DNA of 64,000 nt. It comes from Anaerohalosphaeraceae bacterium (GTDB taxonomy: Bacteria; Planctomycetota; Phycisphaerae; Sedimentisphaerales; Anaerohalosphaeraceae). The notes under the pieces are model-generated. The model saw only the letters and a list, made by a program, of their open reading frames with translations. It ran no database searches and was not told the DNA's origin. Location of the stretch: assembly GCA_050309605.1 (NCBI GenBank), contig JBNRMN010000034.1:128001-192000 (forward strand), given 5' to 3'. The position numbers and the translations under genes were made by a program. Below, piece after piece: positions 19,697-29,206 of this stretch (position 1 is the stretch's first letter; each line of letters begins with the position of its first letter).

Positions 19697-22600
19697 ATGG
19701 ACAGACAATCAATGTTATCGGTACCGATAGAATTCGGCCTCTATGAAGCCCGTCGGGAACATGACGCCTGCGGAATCGGGGCGGTCGTCAATATCTCCGG
19801 TAAGCGTGATCACTCGATCATTGAATACGGCAAGCAGATTCTGCTGAACCTGCATCATCGCGGCGCAGCCGGAGCAGACGATGTTACCGGCGACGGAGCG
19901 GGGATATTGACGCAAATTCCACATCCGTTTTTCTCTGATGAAGTCAAACGATTGGGGTTTTCGCTGAACGCGCCGGGGCAGTACGGCGTCGGGATGGTTT
20001 TTGCGCCTCAGGACGCCGAGCTTCGCGGCCAATGTATGCGCCTGCTTGAGAAGGCGGTGTCCGACTATGGCTTAACGCTGCTTGGGCGACGGGATGTACC
20101 GACCGATCATTCCTGTTTGGGTGATATTGCCCTGTCCGCTGAGCCGACGAGCCACCAGATCTTTATCGACGGGGCGGGGCTGTCCGATGAAGCGCTGGAA
20201 CGACGGTTGTATCTGATTCGCCGACGTGCTGAACGACTGGTGCATGAACAGTTTGGACAAAAGGCTGAAGATTTTTACATCGTCTCGCTGTCATGCCGAA
20301 CTATTTGCTATAAAGGGATGTTTATGGCCTGGCAGTTGTTTGCTTACTATCCCGACCTGGCGGATAAACGGTTTGTTTCGGCGCTGGCAACGGTCCATCA
20401 GCGATACAGTACGAATACTTTTCCGAGCTGGCGTTTGGCCCAGCCGTTTCGCTGCATTGCTCACAATGGCGAAATCAACACCCTCAGCGGAAACCGCAAT
20501 TGTATGCGAATGCGTGAAACACGTCTGTCCAGTGCACTGCTGGGCGCGGATTTGTCGGATGTTGTGCCGGTGCTGGACGACAACGACAGCGATTCGGCCT
20601 GCTTTGACCGAATGCTTGAATTGCTGGTTCGCGCCGGACGAAGCCTGCCGCATGCGATGATGATGCTGATCCCTGAAGCGTTCGGCCCCAAGTATCATAT
20701 CAGCGCCGACAAACGGGCGTTCTATGAGTATCATTCGACTATTATGGAGCCGTGGGACGGCCCGGCGGCGATGGTCTTTACCGACGGGCGGCTGCTGGGC
20801 GGCACGCTGGATCGCAACGGGCTGCGGCCGAGCCGCTACACAATAACCACCGACGGGCTGGCGATTCTGGCCAGTGAGACGGGCGTGGTGGAATTTCCGC
20901 CGGAAAAAGTACGTCAAAAGGGACGTCTTCAGCCCGGCAAAATGTTTCTGGTTGATACGGTCGAGGGACGCATCGTAACCGACAATGAAATTAAGAGCAA
21001 GGTCTCCCGGCAAAAGCCCTATCGCCGCTGGCTCAATGAGAATCGGATTGAGCTGCGCGGGCTGTTTGATACGCCGCATCTTGAACCCGGTGATCCGGCG
21101 ACACTGGCTGCGCGGATGCGGCTGTTCGGCTATACGCGTGAGGAATTGCGAATGGTTCTTGCCCCGATGGCGATCCACGGACAGGAACCGGTCGGTTCAA
21201 TGGGCAATGACGCCGCACCGGCGGTCTTGAGTGACCGTCCTCGGCTGCTGTATGACTACTTCAAACAGTTGTTTGCCCAAGTGACCAATCCGCCGATCGA
21301 CCCGTTGCGCGAGGGGCTGGTGATGAGTCTGATGAGCTACACCGGCAAAAAGCTGAATCTGCTCGACGAGTCGCCGCCGCATTGCCGACAGCTAAAGCTG
21401 CCGCATCCGATTCTGACCAATGAGGATATGGTCCGATTGCGCGCGGTCAAACGCAGTGATTTCAGCGTACAGACCCTCGATGCCGTCTTTGTACCTGACC
21501 CGTCTGATGGCACACTGGGACTGGAGCAGGCTATAGCGCGGCTGATTAACGACGCGCAGCATGCGATTGAGCAGGACGGCGCATCGCTGCTGATTCTCAG
21601 CGACAAGGCCGCTGATGAACACAGGATGCCGATTCCGGCCCTGCTGGCGGTGTCGGCAGTGCATCACGGCCTGATCGAGCGCGGGCTGCGCGGCGAGGCC
21701 GGATTGATCGTCGAAACCGGCGAGGCACGCGAGGTGATGCATTTTTGTCTGCTGTGCGGCTACGGCGCCAACGGCGTCAATCCCTATTTGGTTTTTGAAA
21801 CGCTCAATGAACTGCACCAAAGCCGCCAGCTTCCGCCCGAGCTTGACGCCACGCAGATTGCCGATAATTATATCGCCTCTATCAAAAAAGGTATCCTCAA
21901 GACCATGAGCAAAATGGGTATCTCAACGCTGCGCAGTTATTTCAATGCCCAGCTTTTTGAGGCCATCGGTCTGCACAAGCAGTTGGTTCAGCGCTACTTT
22001 ACCGGAACCAGCTCGCGCATCGGAGGAATCGGCCTGGAACAGATCGCCCGGGATATCCAGGCACGCCATCAAGCGGCGTTTTCGCCGCCTCGGCCGGGAT
22101 CGCTTGATTTGGATTTCGGCGGGGAGTACCACTACCGTCAGGACGGCGAGCGGCACTTGTGGAATCCGGAAACCGTGGCCCGGCTTCAGCACGCCGTGGT
22201 CAACAACGACGCCGATGCGTATGCACAGTTTTCCCGTGCGGTCAATGACCAGTCCGAAAAACTCTACACACTGCGCGGATTGTTTGAGTTCGTGCCCGGT
22301 GAATCGGTGCCGCTGGACGAAGTGGAGCCGGCCTCCGAGATAGTCAAGCGGTTTTGCAGCGGGGCGATGAGCCATGGTTCAATCAGCAAGGAAGCCCATG
22401 AATGTATGGCGATTGCGATGAATCGGCTCGGTGCGATGAGCAATACCGGCGAAGGGGGCGAAGACGAAGAGCGGTATGTTTTGGAGCCGAACGGCGATTC
22501 GAAAAACAGCGCGATCAAACAGGTCGCCAGCGGTCGATTCGGGGTCACCATCAACTATCTGGCTCACGCGCGGGAAATCCAGATCAAGATGGCCCAAGGC

Positions 22601-24271
22601 GCAAAACCCGGCGAAGGGGGCCAGCTTCCCGGCAAGAAAGTTACCGAAGAAATCGCTCGTCTGCGGCATGCCACGCCCGGCGTAACCCTGATTTCGCCGC
22701 CGCCGCATCATGATATTTATTCCATTGAAGATTTGGCGCAGTTGATCTACGATCTGAAGTGCAGTAATCCCGATGCAAAAGTTTCGGTCAAGCTGGTCTC
22801 CGAGGTCGGCGTCGGGACGATTGCCGCGGGGGTGGCCAAGGGCAACGCTGACGAGGTGCTCATCAGCGGGCATGACGGCGGCACCGGTGCCAGTCCGCTG
22901 TCGTCCATTAAACACGCCGGCTGTCCCTGGGAAATCGGACTGGCCGAGACCCAGCAGGTACTGGTGATGAATCGTCTGCGTGATCGCATTCGCGTCCAGA
23001 CCGACGGGCAGCTTCGCACGGGACGGGATATTGTCATCGCGGCGCTGCTGGGCGCTGAGCAATTTGGTTTCGGCACGGGGATTCTTGTTACGATGGGCTG
23101 TACGCTGCTGCGCAAGTGCCATGAGGGGGCGTGCACCTACGGCATCGCCACACAGGACCCCGAACTGCGCCGGCGGTTTGCGGGAAAGCCCGAATACATT
23201 GAACGCTATCTGTTGTTTGTGGCTCAAGAAGTTCGGCGCATCATGGCTGAACTGGGATTTCGCACTGTCAATGAGATGGTGGGGCGATGGGATCGGCTTG
23301 GTATGCGCAAGGCCATTGAACATTACAAGGCCAGGGGTCTGGATTTCTCGACGGTGTTTGATCAGCCGGTTCCGACAGACCCCCGACAGCGATACAATTC
23401 CGGCGCTCAGGTCAGACGTCTGGACGATCATTTGGATTGGAACATTATGAAAGAAGTTGAATCGGCCGTTCAAACCGCCCAGCCGACGGCAATCGAGATG
23501 CCCATTAAAAATACCAACCGAACCGTCGGAACCATTCTGAGCCATCGAATCGTCAAACAACACGGCCAAAACGGCCTGCCGGATGATACGATCCAACTGA
23601 CTTTCCGCGGCTCAGCCGGACAGAGCTTCGGTGCCTTTCTGGCATCAGGCGTAACACTGCACCTGATCGGCGACAGCAATGACTATCTGGGCAAGGGACT
23701 TAGCGGCGGTCGCATCATCGTTGAGACCCCGCCGGGGTCAATGTATATGGCCCACGAAAACATCATCGTCGGCAATACAGTGCTTTACGGTGCGACAAGC
23801 GGCGAAGTTTTCATCAACGGGATGGCCGGCGAACGATTTTGCGTCCGCAACAGCGGGGCAACCGCCGTCGTGGAAGGCGTCGGCGACCATGGCTGCGAAT
23901 ATATGACCGGCGGCCTGGTCGTGGTGCTCGGCAAAACCGGCTGCAACTTCGCAGCCGGGATGAGCGGCGGCATTGCCTATGTCCTGGATGAAATGCAGTT
24001 GTTTGACACGTTATGCAATTTGGATATGGTCGATCTGGAGAGCGTCTGGCGTCAGGAAGACAAAGACCTGCTGTATCGGATGGTGCAAAAACATGAGCGG
24101 CTGACCCGCAGCACCCGCGCCCAGCGGATCCTGAGTTCCTGGCAGGATTCGGTCAGTCGATTCGTCAAGGTCATACCGATTGACTACCGCAAGGCCCTTG
24201 AACGTATGCGGCAGGCCGAGGCACGCGATACCGAGACGACTCCGGCAACCGAGGAGGTGTTCCATGGCTAA
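19697..24271 (+). CDS. gltB: Glutamate synthase large subunit
   Basis: EHDACGIG Ntn start, HQRYSTNTFP, IKMAQGAKPGEGGQLP and C-terminal GXGXG repeats. Confidence 0.98.
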   Translation: MDRQSMLSVPIEFGLYEARREHDACGIGAVVNISGKRDHSIIEYGKQILLNLHHRGAAGADDVTGDGAGILTQIPHPFFSDEVKRLGFSLNAPGQYGVGMVFAPQDAELRGQCMRLLEKAVSDYGLTLLGRRDVPTDHSCLGDIALSAEPTSHQIFIDGAGLSDEALERRLYLIRRRAERLVHEQFGQKAEDFYIVSLSCRTICYKGMFMAWQLFAYYPDLADKRFVSALATVHQRYSTNTFPSWRLAQPFRCIAHNGEINTLSGNRNCMRMRETRLSSALLGADLSDVVPVLDDNDSDSACFDRMLELLVRAGRSLPHAMMMLIPEAFGPKYHISADKRAFYEYHSTIMEPWDGPAAMVFTDGRLLGGTLDRNGLRPSRYTITTDGLAILASETGVVEFPPEKVRQKGRLQPGKMFLVDTVEGRIVTDNEIKSKVSRQKPYRRWLNENRIELRGLFDTPHLEPGDPATLAARMRLFGYTREELRMVLAPMAIHGQEPVGSMGNDAAPAVLSDRPRLLYDYFKQLFAQVTNPPIDPLREGLVMSLMSYTGKKLNLLDESPPHCRQLKLPHPILTNEDMVRLRAVKRSDFSVQTLDAVFVPDPSDGTLGLEQAIARLINDAQHAIEQDGASLLILSDKAADEHRMPIPALLAVSAVHHGLIERGLRGEAGLIVETGEAREVMHFCLLCGYGANGVNPYLVFETLNELHQSRQLPPELDATQIADNYIASIKKGILKTMSKMGISTLRSYFNAQLFEAIGLHKQLVQRYFTGTSSRIGGIGLEQIARDIQARHQAAFSPPRPGSLDLDFGGEYHYRQDGERHLWNPETVARLQHAVVNNDADAYAQFSRAVNDQSEKLYTLRGLFEFVPGESVPLDEVEPASEIVKRFCSGAMSHGSISKEAHECMAIAMNRLGAMSNTGEGGEDEERYVLEPNGDSKNSAIKQVASGRFGVTINYLAHAREIQIKMAQGAKPGEGGQLPGKKVTEEIARLRHATPGVTLISPPPHHDIYSIEDLAQLIYDLKCSNPDAKVSVKLVSEVGVGTIAAGVAKGNADEVLISGHDGGTGASPLSSIKHAGCPWEIGLAETQQVLVMNRLRDRIRVQTDGQLRTGRDIVIAALLGAEQFGFGTGILVTMGCTLLRKCHEGACTYGIATQDPELRRRFAGKPEYIERYLLFVAQEVRRIMAELGFRTVNEMVGRWDRLGMRKAIEHYKARGLDFSTVFDQPVPTDPRQRYNSGAQVRRLDDHLDWNIMKEVESAVQTAQPTAIEMPIKNTNRTVGTILSHRIVKQHGQNGLPDDTIQLTFRGSAGQSFGAFLASGVTLHLIGDSNDYLGKGLSGGRIIVETPPGSMYMAHENIIVGNTVLYGATSGEVFINGMAGERFCVRNSGATAVVEGVGDHGCEYMTGGLVVVLGKTGCNFAAGMSGGIAYVLDEMQLFDTLCNLDMVDLESVWRQEDKDLLYRMVQKHERLTRSTRAQRILSSWQDSVSRFVKVIPIDYRKALERMRQAEARDTETTPATEEVFHG

Positions 24272-25685
24272 AATCAAAGGCTTTCTTGACTATCGCCGAC
24301 AGCCGGTCGGGTATCGTCCGATTGACCAGCGCGTCACGGATTTTCGGGAAATTGAGATTCCGCTGACCCCCGATGCGATTCAGCAGCAGGCCGCTCGTTG
24401 TGCCGACTGCGGCATTCCGTTTTGTCATAGCGCATTCGGCTGTCCGGTAGCCAATCGTATCCCTGAATTTAATGATATGGTGTACCTGGGACAGTGGAAA
24501 CAGGCCTGCGAAAACCTGCATTCAACGAACAATTTTCCTGAAATTACCGGTCGGGTTTGTCCGGCGCCGTGCGAGACGGCCTGTACGCTGGCGGTCAACG
24601 ATGAGCCGGTTTTGATACGGCATATCGAATTTCAGATTGTCGAGCGGGGATTTGCCGAAGGCTGGATCGAACCGCTCAAACCCGCACACAAAACCGGCAA
24701 ACGCATTGCAGTGATTGGTTCCGGACCGGCGGGACTGGCTGCCGCTCAGCAGCTTGCCCGCGCCGGGCACAGCGTAACGGTCTTTGAACGCGACGACAGG
24801 CCGGGCGGTCTGTTGCGGTACGGCATCCCCGATTTTAAGCTCGAAAAGTGGGTTCTTGACCGTCGTCTGAGCCAAATGGCCGACGAGGGGGTGGATTTCC
24901 AGACCGGTGTTGATGTCGGCCGGGATATTTCCGCAGCGTATTTGTGCAAGCGGTACGATGCGGTGTGTCTGGCAACGGGAGCTACCCGACCGCGCGATTT
25001 GGCGGTGCCGGGGCGGGGATTTGAAAATATTGTGTTCGCAATGGAGTTTCTCAAACGGCAAAATCAACGGATTTCCGGCGAGATCACGGAGACCGAATCG
25101 AGCTTGAATGCCCGCGATAAAGATGTTATAGTCATTGGCGGCGGTGATACGGGCAGCGACTGTGTCGGCACGGCGCGTCGGCAGGGTGCCAAGTCGATTA
25201 CCCAGCTTGAGATTCTGCCCAAACCGCCCGAAACGCGACCGACGGATACGCCCTGGCCGACGTGGCCGCGGACGATGCGAACCAGTTCCAGCCACGAAGA
25301 GGGGTGCCGGCGGATATGGAGTGTGATGACGACGCGATTTACAGGAACCGAAACCCGTGTGAGTCAACTTCACGGCGTACAGGTCGAGTGGGTCAAAAAG
25401 AACAACCGGTGGGCGGCGGTTGAAATGCCGGGTACGGAATTCTCTTTGCCGGCGGATGTGGTGCTGCTGGCGATGGGCTTCGTACACGTCGAACACGAGC
25501 CGCTGGTATCGGATTTGGGACTGGAACTGGACGACCGCGCCAATATCCGGGTCGCGGATTATCAGACCAGTAATCCCATGGTTTTCTCGGCCGGCGACGC
25601 GGTACTGGGCGCATCGCTGGTCGTGCGGGCGATTGACGGCGGACGACAGGCTGCCGCGGCGATTGATAAATGGCTTTCAAGATAA
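24264..25685 (+). CDS. gltD: Glutamate synthase small subunit
   Basis: MAKIKGF start overlapping the gltB stop; RCADCGIPFC, GSGPAG and IGGGDTGSDC. Confidence 0.96.
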   Translation: MAKIKGFLDYRRQPVGYRPIDQRVTDFREIEIPLTPDAIQQQAARCADCGIPFCHSAFGCPVANRIPEFNDMVYLGQWKQACENLHSTNNFPEITGRVCPAPCETACTLAVNDEPVLIRHIEFQIVERGFAEGWIEPLKPAHKTGKRIAVIGSGPAGLAAAQQLARAGHSVTVFERDDRPGGLLRYGIPDFKLEKWVLDRRLSQMADEGVDFQTGVDVGRDISAAYLCKRYDAVCLATGATRPRDLAVPGRGFENIVFAMEFLKRQNQRISGEITETESSLNARDKDVIVIGGGDTGSDCVGTARRQGAKSITQLEILPKPPETRPTDTPWPTWPRTMRTSSSHEEGCRRIWSVMTTRFTGTETRVSQLHGVQVEWVKKNNRWAAVEMPGTEFSLPADVVLLAMGFVHVEHEPLVSDLGLELDDRANIRVADYQTSNPMVFSAGDAVLGASLVVRAIDGGRQAAAAIDKWLSR

Positions 25686-25706
25686 TGATGAAAACTACGA
25701 ACTACC

Positions 25707-27341
25707 TTGCGTTTAGCATTGGCCCAATTAAATGTAACGGTCGGCGATCTGGCAGGCAACCGGCGCAAGATGGCCGCTGCCGTCGCGGCGGCCGCCGAGA
25801 AGCACGTTGACCTGCTGGTCTTTTCCGAGCTGGCGCTGTGCGGCTATCCGCCGGAAGATTTGCTGTTGCGCCCTCGGTTTCTTCTGGATTGCCGGCAAAT
25901 GCTGGAAACGCTGGCCAAAAGCATCGGCCCAATGACCATTGTCCTCGGCTGTCCCGACGGCATGCCCGGCGATTGCTATAATGCCGCGGCGGTGTGCAGA
26001 GACGGACGGATCATTTCAATGTACCGCAAGGGTCGGCTGCCCAACTATGGTGTGTTTGATGAAAAACGCTATTTCAAGGCGGGAACGGAACCGGTCGTCG
26101 TGGACATTGCGGGCAGCCGGACGGCACTGACGATTTGTGAAGATCTGTGGGATCTTCAATGGCTCACCGGTTTTTTGGGCCGATCCGGCCGTCCGATGGA
26201 TTTGATTCTGAATATCTCGGCTTCTCCGTTTCATATGGGCAAAATCCATCAGCGCAAAGAGACCCTGTCACGCTGTGCCGCTCATTTCCACTGTCCGACA
26301 GCGTATTGCAATCAGATCGGCGGGCAGGATGAACTGGTTTTTTCCGGTCGCAGTATGATTGCCGATGCCGCCGGCAGGATCGTCGCCGAGGCGGCGGAGT
26401 TTGAGGAAGACCTGCTGATCGTGGATATTGAGAAAAACCCCGACGTGCCTGCGACGGTACGTCCGCTTTCTCACATCGGCGAAAAAACGTATGATCCCGT
26501 GGAGGAAGTGTATAAGGCGCTGGTGCTGGGAACACGTGATTATGTTCGCAAAAGCGGCTTTTCCAGAGTCGTCATGGGGCTAAGCGGGGGCGTAGACTCG
26601 GCATTGACCGCTGCTGTGGCGACCGCTGCCCTGGGAAAAGACAATGTTGTTGGCGTAACGATGCCGTCACGTTTCAACACGGCCGAGACTCGCAGCGATG
26701 CCCAACGGCTGGCGGACAATCTGAGTATCGCCTTTCATTCGCTTCCAATCGGCGATCTTCTTGAGTCGTTCAGCCGGGTTTTGTCTTCGGTTTCTGGCTG
26801 GGATGAGAAAGGGATCGCCTACGAAAACCTCCAGGCACGCTTGCGCGGCACGCTGCTGATGAGTCTATCCAATCAGTTCGGCTGGATGGTACTGACCACC
26901 GGCAACAAGAGCGAAACAGCGGTCGGTTATTCGACGCTCTACGGCGATACGGCGGGGGGCTTTGCCGTGCTCAAGGATGTACCCAAAACCATGGTCTATC
27001 GTCTGTGTGAATGGATCAATGCTCACGCCGGTCGTGAACTGATTCCGCAGACGACGATTGACCGGATTCCCTCGGCTGAACTGCGCGAAAACCAAAAAGA
27101 CAGCGATTCACTGCCGGCCTATGACGTGCTGGACGCCATGCTGAAAGATTACATCGAAAACGACAAGTCGCCGATGGATTTGGTGGAAAACGGCTATGAC
27201 CGGGCGCTGGTACATCGCGTCATTCGAATGATCGACCGCAGCGAATACAAGCGCCGACAATCACCGCCGGGCATCAAAATTACCCCCAAGGCCTTCGGGA
27301 AAGACCGTCGTATGCCGATTGTAAACCACTACGTGCCCTGA
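25707..27341 (+). CDS. nadE: Glutamine-dependent NAD+ synthetase
   Basis: Nitrilase domain (ELALCGYPPEDL, LPNYGVFDEKRYF, ICEDLW) plus SGGVDS and GNKSETAVGYSTLYGD; TTG start. Confidence 0.95.
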   Translation: MRLALAQLNVTVGDLAGNRRKMAAAVAAAAEKHVDLLVFSELALCGYPPEDLLLRPRFLLDCRQMLETLAKSIGPMTIVLGCPDGMPGDCYNAAAVCRDGRIISMYRKGRLPNYGVFDEKRYFKAGTEPVVVDIAGSRTALTICEDLWDLQWLTGFLGRSGRPMDLILNISASPFHMGKIHQRKETLSRCAAHFHCPTAYCNQIGGQDELVFSGRSMIADAAGRIVAEAAEFEEDLLIVDIEKNPDVPATVRPLSHIGEKTYDPVEEVYKALVLGTRDYVRKSGFSRVVMGLSGGVDSALTAAVATAALGKDNVVGVTMPSRFNTAETRSDAQRLADNLSIAFHSLPIGDLLESFSRVLSSVSGWDEKGIAYENLQARLRGTLLMSLSNQFGWMVLTTGNKSETAVGYSTLYGDTAGGFAVLKDVPKTMVYRLCEWINAHAGRELIPQTTIDRIPSAELRENQKDSDSLPAYDVLDAMLKDYIENDKSPMDLVENGYDRALVHRVIRMIDRSEYKRRQSPPGIKITPKAFGKDRRMPIVNHYVP

Positions 27342-27346
27342 CGATG

Positions 27347-29188
27347 TCAGCCAATGGGTCCCGGCGGCATAAACGGCTGGGTATATTCACTGTGCCAGGG
27401 CGGCGCGTCCGAAAGCGTCAGGGCGATATCGATCAGGGCAATATGCGAATACCCCTGCGGAAAATTGCCCAGCAGCCGTTTGGTCTTGAAGTCCATATCT
27501 TCGCTGAACAGCCCCAGATGATTGGCGTGGGTAAGCACATCTTCAAAAAGGCGGGTTGCTTTTTCCTGCTCGCCGATTTGATAGAGACTTTTAATCATCC
27601 AGAACGTACAGACGGTAAAAGACGATTTGGGTTTGCCGAAATCATCCGGTTCGCGATAGCGATACATCAGCCCGTCCACACACAAGTGCTTATATGATTC
27701 GTGCACCGTTTTGACATAGACCGGATCGTCGGTATCCAAAAAGCCGTAATGGGCCGCCAGTAAATTGGCTGCGTCCATGGAGCGGCCGCCATAGTACTGC
27801 GTCAAGGCGCCGGTCTTCGGATCGCAGCCTTTCTCAAGGATGTCCGCTTTGATCTCTTCCCGCAGTTTGATATAGCTCATCGCTTCCGGCAGCTTGTCCA
27901 GAAAAGCGGCAATCCGGGCGGCGCGGTCCATCGCCACCCAACATAAAATTTTGGAAAATGTAAAATGGCGTCGTTCAGTTCGGAACTCCCATATCCCCGA
28001 ATCCAGTTTATACCAGTTGTTCCGCACATGCCGCGTCAGGGTTCGCACCAATGTCCAAAGATCTTCTTTGTTGTCAATCGAATTACTGAACAGGACCAAA
28101 CTCTGATAAATCGCATCCATCAGCACGCCATAAACATCATTTTGCTTTTGCTTGACCGCGGCGTTGCCGACACGAACGGGTTTTGAGTTTTCATATCCTG
28201 ATAACCACGGCAGTTCGTATTCAGTGGTCTTGCGTCGGGGGTTAATACTGTAGAGAATTTGAATTTTTTCGTCTTTGAACGGGACAATATCCAAAATGAA
28301 CCGCAGAAACCGACGCGCCACGTTGTAATGCCCCAGCCGCGTCAGAATATTGATCGTCATTGAGGCATCACGAATCCAGCAATATCGATAATCCCAGTTG
28401 CGCTGTTCGCCGATTGTCTCCGGAAGACTTGTTGTGGCTGCGGCCAGAATTGCGCCGGTTTTCTGATAAGCCAGCAGCTTCAACACCAAGGCGCTGCGTT
28501 CGATCTGTGCCGGGTATTTGGTCAGCAGATGGGTCTTGGCGGTCCAGCCCATCCAATAAACCTTGGTGCGTTCAAACTCCAGTTCCACCCAGTCAATGGC
28601 GGGTTGAACCAGTTTTTGATTGTAGCTGACCAGAAGAAAACAGTCTTTCTCAAGTGTGATTGGCTCCCGCTCAAGAATATCCTCAAACGGAAGGTCGGAA
28701 TACAAATAGAGTGATTCATATGTGCCGGCGGCGGTAAAATGTTTGACAAATTGCGACGTCACCTGCACTTCAGTCGGATGCTCGGCGTAGTTGGGACGCG
28801 GATTATAGTGGATACAAACGCGGGGACGACCGGACAAAATCCGAATATAGCGAATAATATCCGGCGGACAGTGGTAGCTCCGCTCCTCGGTGAGGTACCG
28901 CGGCATAAAATCAAGAATCTCAAAGCTGTCGCCGCTGCGCGTAAATCGCGTTCTCAGGATGTTGGTGCGGTTCAAATAGGTTTGCTCAATGCGGTAACGA
29001 CCGACCGGCACAATGCTGAAAAAACCGCCATTGTCTTTGTCGAGGATGTGGGCAAAAAATGAGCCGGAGTCAAAATCCGGCAAACAGCACCAATCAATGC
29101 TTCCGGTTCGACTGATCAGCGCAGCGGTTTTGCAATTGCCGATGATTCCGTAATCCAGATTGTTCATAGGAGGCGTTGCGGTTTTCAT
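27347..29188 (-). CDS. Glycoside hydrolase family 15 (trehalase/glucoamylase-like)
   Basis: TTSLPE...RNWDYRYCWIRDA, GIWEFR and LGNFPQGYSH motifs. Confidence 0.92.
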   Translation of the reverse strand: MKTATPPMNNLDYGIIGNCKTAALISRTGSIDWCCLPDFDSGSFFAHILDKDNGGFFSIVPVGRYRIEQTYLNRTNILRTRFTRSGDSFEILDFMPRYLTEERSYHCPPDIIRYIRILSGRPRVCIHYNPRPNYAEHPTEVQVTSQFVKHFTAAGTYESLYLYSDLPFEDILEREPITLEKDCFLLVSYNQKLVQPAIDWVELEFERTKVYWMGWTAKTHLLTKYPAQIERSALVLKLLAYQKTGAILAAATTSLPETIGEQRNWDYRYCWIRDASMTINILTRLGHYNVARRFLRFILDIVPFKDEKIQILYSINPRRKTTEYELPWLSGYENSKPVRVGNAAVKQKQNDVYGVLMDAIYQSLVLFSNSIDNKEDLWTLVRTLTRHVRNNWYKLDSGIWEFRTERRHFTFSKILCWVAMDRAARIAAFLDKLPEAMSYIKLREEIKADILEKGCDPKTGALTQYYGGRSMDAANLLAAHYGFLDTDDPVYVKTVHESYKHLCVDGLMYRYREPDDFGKPKSSFTVCTFWMIKSLYQIGEQEKATRLFEDVLTHANHLGLFSEDMDFKTKRLLGNFPQGYSHIALIDIALTLSDAPPWHSEYTQPFMPPGPIG

Positions 29189-29206
29189 AGGTGGAGGGGA
29201 TTCAAA